Notes under the pieces: model-generated
Seen by the model: the letters and a program-made list of their open reading frames with translations, nothing else
Told to the model about the DNA's origin: nothing
Database searches by the model: none
Made by a program: the position numbers and the translations under genes
NCBI GenBank assembly: GCA_018715645.1
Contig: DVLE01000082.1
Span: 38,391 to 102,390, forward strand
Reading direction: 5' to 3'
DNA from: Candidatus Merdisoma merdipullorum
Lineage (GTDB): Bacteria; Bacillota; Clostridia; Lachnospirales; Lachnospiraceae
DNA length: 64,000 nucleotides
Shown: in pieces, positions 58,719 through 64,000 of the stretch
How positions within the stretch are numbered: the first letter of the stretch is position 1
Layout: each line of letters opens with the position of its first letter

Positions 58719-59144
58719 ATGAAAAAGGGTGAAATCAGAGAAATTCTGCACAGGCTGGATCTGGAACGGAAAAAGATTCTGGGGCCAAGGTTTCATGCCC
58801 TGGGACTTACCATCGGAGAAGGGCAGGCCAGGGCGCTGAACGGCCTGCTCTGTCAGGGACCTATGACGCAGAAGGAACTGGCAGATCTGTGTCTGAGGGA
58901 TGCGGCGACCATGTCCCGGACGCTGGATAAGCTTGAGAAGGCCGGTCTTCTCAAGCGGGAAAATAATCCCGGCTGCCGGCGGTCTTTTCTGATCTGTCTG
59001 ACAAAGGACGGAGAGGAGAAAGCAAAGCAGGTACAGGAGATTTTCCGGGAACTGGACGAACAGATATGGGGAGAGATCTCAGAAGAGGATATGGAAAAGC
59101 TGTATGGGATTTTACAGCGGGTAGAGAAAAATCTGAATGGATGA
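58719..59144 (+). CDS. MarR family regulator
   Basis: MTQKELADL..DAATMSRTLDKLEKAGLL...RRSFLICLT. Confidence 0.9.
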   Translation: MKKGEIREILHRLDLERKKILGPRFHALGLTIGEGQARALNGLLCQGPMTQKELADLCLRDAATMSRTLDKLEKAGLLKRENNPGCRRSFLICLTKDGEEKAKQVQEIFRELDEQIWGEISEEDMEKLYGILQRVEKNLNG

Positions 59145-59169
59145 AACTGGAAAACTGTAATTTTGTGGA

Positions 59170-59198
59170 TTGACATAGCTTTTTTTGTTGTCTATAAT
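59170..59198 (+). promoter_or_regulatory. Perfect-consensus sigma-A promoter
   Basis: TTGACA(59170-59175)-17 bp-TATAAT(59193-59198). Confidence 0.75.
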
Positions 59199-59371
59199 GA
59201 AATTGTTACAGGAATCACTTATAAATGTGTTAATCACACATTCTGGCAGTTCTGCCATGATTTCCAAAAGCTATTTCAATATTATGGCAGAAGGCAAAGA
59301 GTTTTTTTGAGGATGCCGCTGCCGGAAAAGGGGACAGCATGAAAACAAGCTTGCGAAAAGAGGAAGTATTT

Positions 59372-59911
59372 ATGTCGGAACAGAAAAATAAAGAGTATAC
59401 TACAGATGATATTTTGGCTCTGCCGGAAGGCGTAAGAGCGGAGCTTATTGATGGCAAGATCTATTATATGGCGTCGCCTGGCAGAACGCACCAGCAGATA
59501 TTGGCGGGAATTACGGTTCAAATATATAATTATATCAAAGAACACGGCGGTGAATGTCAGGTATATCCGGCGCCCTTTGCGGTGTTTATTATGAACGATA
59601 AGCGAAATTATTTTGAGCCGGATATTGTTGTAGTCTGTGACCCAGATAAACTCGACGAATCAGGCTGTCACGGCGCTCCGGACTGGATCATCGAGATCGT
59701 TTCCCCATCCAGCAGAACTATGGACTATTACAAAAAGGCGGGAAAATATGCAGAGGCGGGAGTGAGAGAATATTGGATTGTGGATCCTGCAAGAAAGGCG
59801 ACTGTGATTTGCCGTATGGAAAAGGGGGAAGGGCCGGTTATTCATCCTTTTACGGACACACTTCCCTCCGGAGTAATAGAAGGACTGGAGCTGAATTTTC
59901 AGATAATATAA
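59372..59911 (+). CDS. Uma2 family (PD-(D/E)xK) endonuclease-like protein
   Basis: RAELIDG..MASP..HQ, FEPDIVVVC, APDWIIEIVSPS, YAEAGVREYWIVDP. Confidence 0.9.
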   Translation: MSEQKNKEYTTDDILALPEGVRAELIDGKIYYMASPGRTHQQILAGITVQIYNYIKEHGGECQVYPAPFAVFIMNDKRNYFEPDIVVVCDPDKLDESGCHGAPDWIIEIVSPSSRTMDYYKKAGKYAEAGVREYWIVDPARKATVICRMEKGEGPVIHPFTDTLPSGVIEGLELNFQII

Positions 59912-59917
59912 AAAGAT

Positions 59918-60484
59918 TTAGGGGATCTCATCAATATTTCCGCTTCCCATGGTACGCCGCCAGGTTCCTTCCAGCAGAACCATACGGCCGGCTTCCAGGG
60001 ATTTTGGCACGTCGATGATATTCTGATTGGAGGATCCCCGGAAGATGAGGCCTGCGTCTTTCAGCTCCTCCACAAACTTTCCATCTACGAGGACGTCGAT
60101 AAGGGAGAGCAGCCCTTTCAAGATTTCAGGCTCTCCCACGGATCCGGTCAGAAGATCTGTCTCAAAGGTAAAACCTGTGTAACACCAGAGTGTTTTTTGC
60201 GGAAAACGCTCTTTGAACTGCCGGGCAAGCTCCAAAAGGGCGGGCTGATTCTCCGGCTCCAGGGGCTCTCCGCCAAGAAAGGAAAGACCGGCCACATAGG
60301 ACGGAGCCAGGGCGGAGAGGATCTCGTCGGCGGTTTCCTTTGTGAAGGGCTGACCGTAGGAGAAATCCCAGGCTTCCCGGTTAAAGCAGTTCCGGCAGCG
60401 GTGGCGGCATCCGCTCACAAAGAGTGAGACGCGGACGCCGGGACCGTTGGCAATATCATTTTTTTTGATGGTCGCGTAATTCAT
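59918..60484 (-). CDS. nrdG: Anaerobic ribonucleotide reductase activating protein
   Basis: DIANGPGVRVSLFVSGCRHRCRNCFN, GGEPL, DVLVDG, FRGSSNQ. Confidence 0.96.
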   Translation of the reverse strand: MNYATIKKNDIANGPGVRVSLFVSGCRHRCRNCFNREAWDFSYGQPFTKETADEILSALAPSYVAGLSFLGGEPLEPENQPALLELARQFKERFPQKTLWCYTGFTFETDLLTGSVGEPEILKGLLSLIDVLVDGKFVEELKDAGLIFRGSSNQNIIDVPKSLEAGRMVLLEGTWRRTMGSGNIDEIP

Positions 60485-60508
60485 AAGCCTGCCTCATCCT
60501 GGCGCTGC

Positions 60509-62686
60509 CTACAGATGCAGCACCCGTTCCTTGATTTCCTGGGTTCTTCCCTGGTTCCAGAACTGAGTTCCGATGTAGCCGCAGGTTCTTCTGGCTACGT
60601 TCATCTTATTCTGGTCCGTGTTGCCGCAGTTGGGGCACTGCCAGATAAGCTTTCCATGCTCATCCTCTTTGATTTCGATCTCGCCGTCATAGCCGCAGAC
60701 CTGGCAGTAATCGCTCTTGGTGTTCAGCTCCGCGTACATGATGTGGTCGTAGATAAATTTCATAACGGCCAGCACAGCTTCCAGATTATTCTGCATATTC
60801 GGAACTTCCACATAGGAGATAGCTCCGCCCGGAGAAAGGGCCTGGAACTTTGCTTCCAGCGCAAGCTTGTCAAAGGCGTCGATTTCCTCGGTCACATGAA
60901 CATGGTAGCTGTTCGTGATATAATTGCGGTCAGTTACGCCTTTTACGATGCCGAAACGCTGCTGCAGGCACTTGGCGAATTTGTAGGTGGTGCTTTCCAG
61001 CGGCGTGCCGTACAGGGAGTAGTCAATCTGCTCGGCAGCCTTCCATTTTGCCGTGTACTCGTTCAGCTTTTTCATGATTTCCAGGCCGAGAGCCTCGCCC
61101 TCCGGCTCGGTCAGCTTCTTTCCGTTCAGACTGTAGACGCATTCCCACAAGCCCGCATAGCCCAGAGAGAGGGTGGAGTAGCCGCCGTGTAGATACTTGT
61201 CGATTTTTTCTCCCTTTTTCAGACGAAGCAGGGCTCCGTGCTGCCAGAGAATCGGAGCGGCGTCGGACACGGTTCCGGTCAGGCGCTCGTGGCGGCACTG
61301 AAGGGCGCGGTGGCAAAGCTCCATGCGCTCGTCAAAGATTTCCCAGAATTTGTCCATATCGCCGCCTGCGGACAGGCCAATATCCACCAGATTGACCGTA
61401 ACCACGCCCTGGTTAAAGCGGCCGTAATATTTGGGCTCTCCGTTCTCGTCCACATAAGGCGTAAGGAAGCTTCTGCAGCCCATGCAGGTGTAGCAGTGTC
61501 CCTCACCGTTTTTGTCAATCTTGTTCTGAAGCATAATCTTTTCAGAAATATAATCCGGTACGAGACGCTTTGCCGTACACTTGGCGGCCAGCTTTGTCAG
61601 ATACCAGTACTTGCTGTCCTCATGGATATTGTCCTCCTCCAGCACGTAGATCAGCTTGGGGAAGGCAGGGGTAATCCACACGCCCTTTTCGTTCTTGACG
61701 CCCTGGTAACGCTGACGCAGGGTTTCTTCTATAATCAGAGCAAGATCCTGCTTTTCCTGCTCATTTTTCGCTTCGTTCAGGTACATGAATACCGTGACGA
61801 AGGGAGCCTGTCCGTTGGTGGTCATCAGCGTAACGACCTGATACTGGATCATCTGGACGCCATTCTTCACCTCATCCCGCAGCCGCTTTTCCGTAATAGC
61901 GGAAATCTCATCCTCCGTGACTGCTTCCCGGATAGAGTGAAGCTCCTCCGCGACCTGGCGGCGGATTTTCTGACGGCTGACGTCCACAAAGGGAGCCAGA
62001 TGAGTCAGGCTGATGCTCTGGCCGCCGTACTGGCAGGAAGCCACCTGAGCGATGATCTGGGTGGCGATATTGCAGGCTGTGGAGAAGCTGTGGGGCTTCT
62101 CAATCAGCGTTCCGCTGATGACGGTGCCGTTCTGAAGCATGTCCTCCAGATTGACCAGATCACAGTTGTGCATATGCTGGGCGAAATAATCCGCGTCATG
62201 GAAGTGGATAATGCCCTGCTCATGGGCGTTTACAATGTCGGGCGGAAGCAGAAGACGCTTGGTGATGTCCTTGCTGACCTCTCCGGCCATATAGTCTCTC
62301 TGCACGCTGTTGACCGTAGGATTTTTGTTGGAATTTTCCTGCTTGACCTCCTCATTGTTGCACTCGATGAGGCTTAAAATCTGTTCGTCTGTGGTGTTGG
62401 ATTTACGTACCAGAGCACGGCGGTAGCGATAGGTGATATAGCGCCTGGCCACATCAAAGGCACGCTGATTCATAATCTGATCCTCCACCATGTCCTGGAT
62501 CTCCTCTACGCTCAAGGAACGGCTCATATTCTGGGCGGCGCTTTCCACATCCTCCGCGATCCGCTTGATCTGAACTGCGGACATACGGGCGCTTGGAACG
62601 ACGCTCTCATTGGCCTTGGTTACGGCGATAACAATTTTCTGCGGATCGAAGGAAACCTCGGCTCCGCTGCGCTTGATGATTTTCAT
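60509..62686 (-). CDS. nrdD: Anaerobic ribonucleoside-triphosphate reductase
   Basis: ATP-cone (MKIIKRSG), IHFHD..NC, MGCRS, GRFNQG, CQVC..CPNC, RRTCGY glycyl-radical motif; ATG 62686 after GAGGGAG. Confidence 0.97.
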   Translation of the reverse strand: MKIIKRSGAEVSFDPQKIVIAVTKANESVVPSARMSAVQIKRIAEDVESAAQNMSRSLSVEEIQDMVEDQIMNQRAFDVARRYITYRYRRALVRKSNTTDEQILSLIECNNEEVKQENSNKNPTVNSVQRDYMAGEVSKDITKRLLLPPDIVNAHEQGIIHFHDADYFAQHMHNCDLVNLEDMLQNGTVISGTLIEKPHSFSTACNIATQIIAQVASCQYGGQSISLTHLAPFVDVSRQKIRRQVAEELHSIREAVTEDEISAITEKRLRDEVKNGVQMIQYQVVTLMTTNGQAPFVTVFMYLNEAKNEQEKQDLALIIEETLRQRYQGVKNEKGVWITPAFPKLIYVLEEDNIHEDSKYWYLTKLAAKCTAKRLVPDYISEKIMLQNKIDKNGEGHCYTCMGCRSFLTPYVDENGEPKYYGRFNQGVVTVNLVDIGLSAGGDMDKFWEIFDERMELCHRALQCRHERLTGTVSDAAPILWQHGALLRLKKGEKIDKYLHGGYSTLSLGYAGLWECVYSLNGKKLTEPEGEALGLEIMKKLNEYTAKWKAAEQIDYSLYGTPLESTTYKFAKCLQQRFGIVKGVTDRNYITNSYHVHVTEEIDAFDKLALEAKFQALSPGGAISYVEVPNMQNNLEAVLAVMKFIYDHIMYAELNTKSDYCQVCGYDGEIEIKEDEHGKLIWQCPNCGNTDQNKMNVARRTCGYIGTQFWNQGRTQEIKERVLHL

Positions 62687-62749
62687 AGAATATTCTCCCT
62701 CTTGTATATGCAATGATTATAGTATTACTCTAGCCGACGAAATTTATTT

Positions 62750-62797
62750 TAACAATATATAGTAGCGATGTCAATGGAAAATTACTAGATATTGATG
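62750..62797. promoter_or_regulatory. Tandem NrdR boxes
   Basis: TAACAATATATAGTAG (62750-62765) and TTACTAGATATTGATG (62782-62797), 32 bp apart, upstream of nrdD. Confidence 0.75.
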
Positions 62798-62966
62798 AAT
62801 GGCTGCTGGCAGCGTATGTGGGCGGGGTGAGTGGTAAATGGCAGTGAACGACGGCAAATAGCAGCAAGGAGAAGAAAAGCGGCGGTTTCTTGCAGGATGC
62901 CGCGGAATGGGTTACAATGACGGAAAAGGACTTATCCCAAAGAGTCCCTGGTTTTGGAGGCAAAGC

Positions 62967-64000
62967 ATGGAGATTGCTTATGAAATAAAAGAGGGAGAAG
63001 CCATCGTCTGGCGCTGCTATGAGTATGGAACGGAAGCGGAGCTGCCTGGGACCATAGAAGGACGGCCTGTGACAGAGCTTGCTCCCTATGTGTTTTCCGC
63101 CCATATGGATGAAAAGCTTTTAGAGCAAAAAATCCGGGAGGGAAAAATCCGGATGACATACGACGCTGGCGGCGAAGAACGGGCTGGCAGACCTGGAGAG
63201 GAACGGACAGGTCTTCCGCCGGCTTTGAAAGGAACGGAGATTACGGCGGTAAGTCTGCCGCCAGAGCTTAGAAAAATAGGAGCCTACGCCTTTTACAACT
63301 GCAGCAGGCTTCGGAAAATCAGCTTTTACGGCAGTCTGTCCGATCTGGGAGCCGGATTGTTTACAGGCTGCCATGCCATAAGAGAGCTTAAGCTTACCCT
63401 GGATGAGACGTACGTATCCTGCCTTCGTGAGATTCTTATGGAGGTTCCCGAAAAGCTGACGGTTACCCTGAAAGGCAGAGTCAGAGGCAGGTTGGTATTT
63501 CCTGAATTTTTTGAGGAAAGCGTGGAAAACACGCCGGCGCGGATTCTGGTGACGCAGATGCATGGAAGCGGTATGAATTTCCGAAACTGTTTTTATGATC
63601 GGAAATTTGATTTCAAGGCTTACGACGCCTGCTTTTATATGGCAAAGGCTGGCGAAGACTTTGACACCGTGCTGGAAATGGTCCTGAGCCGCCTGATGTA
63701 TCCGGTTCAGCTATCTTCCAAAGGGCGGCAGGCATACGAAGACTGGCTTTTTTGCAGGCTTGACCGGGCTATGGAAAAAGCGGTGCTGGACAGAGATATG
63801 GAAACGCTGGAATATCTGGCGGCTTGTACCCTGAAAGGACAGGAGGCGGATACGGAGGGACGGAAAGAAAAGAACCGGGAAGATACGCTCAGAAAGGCAG
63901 CCTCTTTCGCGGCTTCTCACCATTTTCCGGAAGGGACTTCCTTCCTGATGTCAGAGCTTTATCAGGTGAGCGGAGCCGAAACAGAGGAAAAAAGGGAAAG
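62967..64000 (+). CDS. BspA-type leucine-rich-repeat domain protein (3'-truncated by window; absent from ORF track)
   Basis: GGAGG RBS, ATG 62967; LPGTIEGRPVTELAPYVF, VSLPPELRKIGAYAFYNCSRL, LGAGLFTGC; no stop before window end. Confidence 0.8.
   Translation, partial: MEIAYEIKEGEAIVWRCYEYGTEAELPGTIEGRPVTELAPYVFSAHMDEKLLEQKIREGKIRMTYDAGGEERAGRPGEERTGLPPALKGTEITAVSLPPELRKIGAYAFYNCSRLRKISFYGSLSDLGAGLFTGCHAIRELKLTLDETYVSCLREILMEVPEKLTVTLKGRVRGRLVFPEFFEESVENTPARILVTQMHGSGMNFRNCFYDRKFDFKAYDACFYMAKAGEDFDTVLEMVLSRLMYPVQLSSKGRQAYEDWLFCRLDRAMEKAVLDRDMETLEYLAACTLKGQEADTEGRKEKNREDTLRKAASFAASHHFPEGTSFLMSELYQVSGAETEEKRE

Noticed and set aside
59205-59300. Purine riboswitch (also sought upstream of xpt)
   Set aside because: Superficial CACTTATAA..GTTCTGCC likeness but no AUAUGG/CCGUAAA kissing loops; xpt has only a 20-bp upstream gap

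Overview
A 64 kb chromosomal segment, probably from a Lachnospiraceae/Clostridiales-type Firmicute (inferred from gene content, sigma-A promoters, Firmicute-type LexA and NrdR boxes). I found no rRNA, tRNA, CRISPR array, transposase or prophage gene. Most of it is housekeeping and nutrient uptake: trkAH, mrp, hom, uppP, a polar amino-acid ABC importer, galK, mglBAC with a YesMN-like two-component system, nth-rlmI-rsmF, malic enzyme, xpt, the trehalose treR/treP/treC locus, two heterodimeric ABC exporters with MATE/MarR, and nrdDG. The most notable signals are: (1) a free-standing ~100-140 nt structured RNA gene on the minus strand (about 24069-24207) with a near-consensus promoter; (2) a LexA-boxed radical SAM/HhH + TIGR03915-type DNA-repair pair whose radical SAM protein ends in a QLSLF sliding-clamp motif; (3) a three-hairpin leader with a terminator and an MFIVL micro-ORF ahead of an ABC exporter; (4) a sirtuin with degenerate NAD-binding motifs; (5) a LysR-controlled pair of paralogous bicupins with a Dpp-type importer; and (6) two apparent internal deletions that break uptake systems (the dppD/dppA junction near 23420 and loss of the N-terminal EIIB of treP near 44190), which may be real or assembly artefacts. 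Family assignments come from motif recognition, not database searches.
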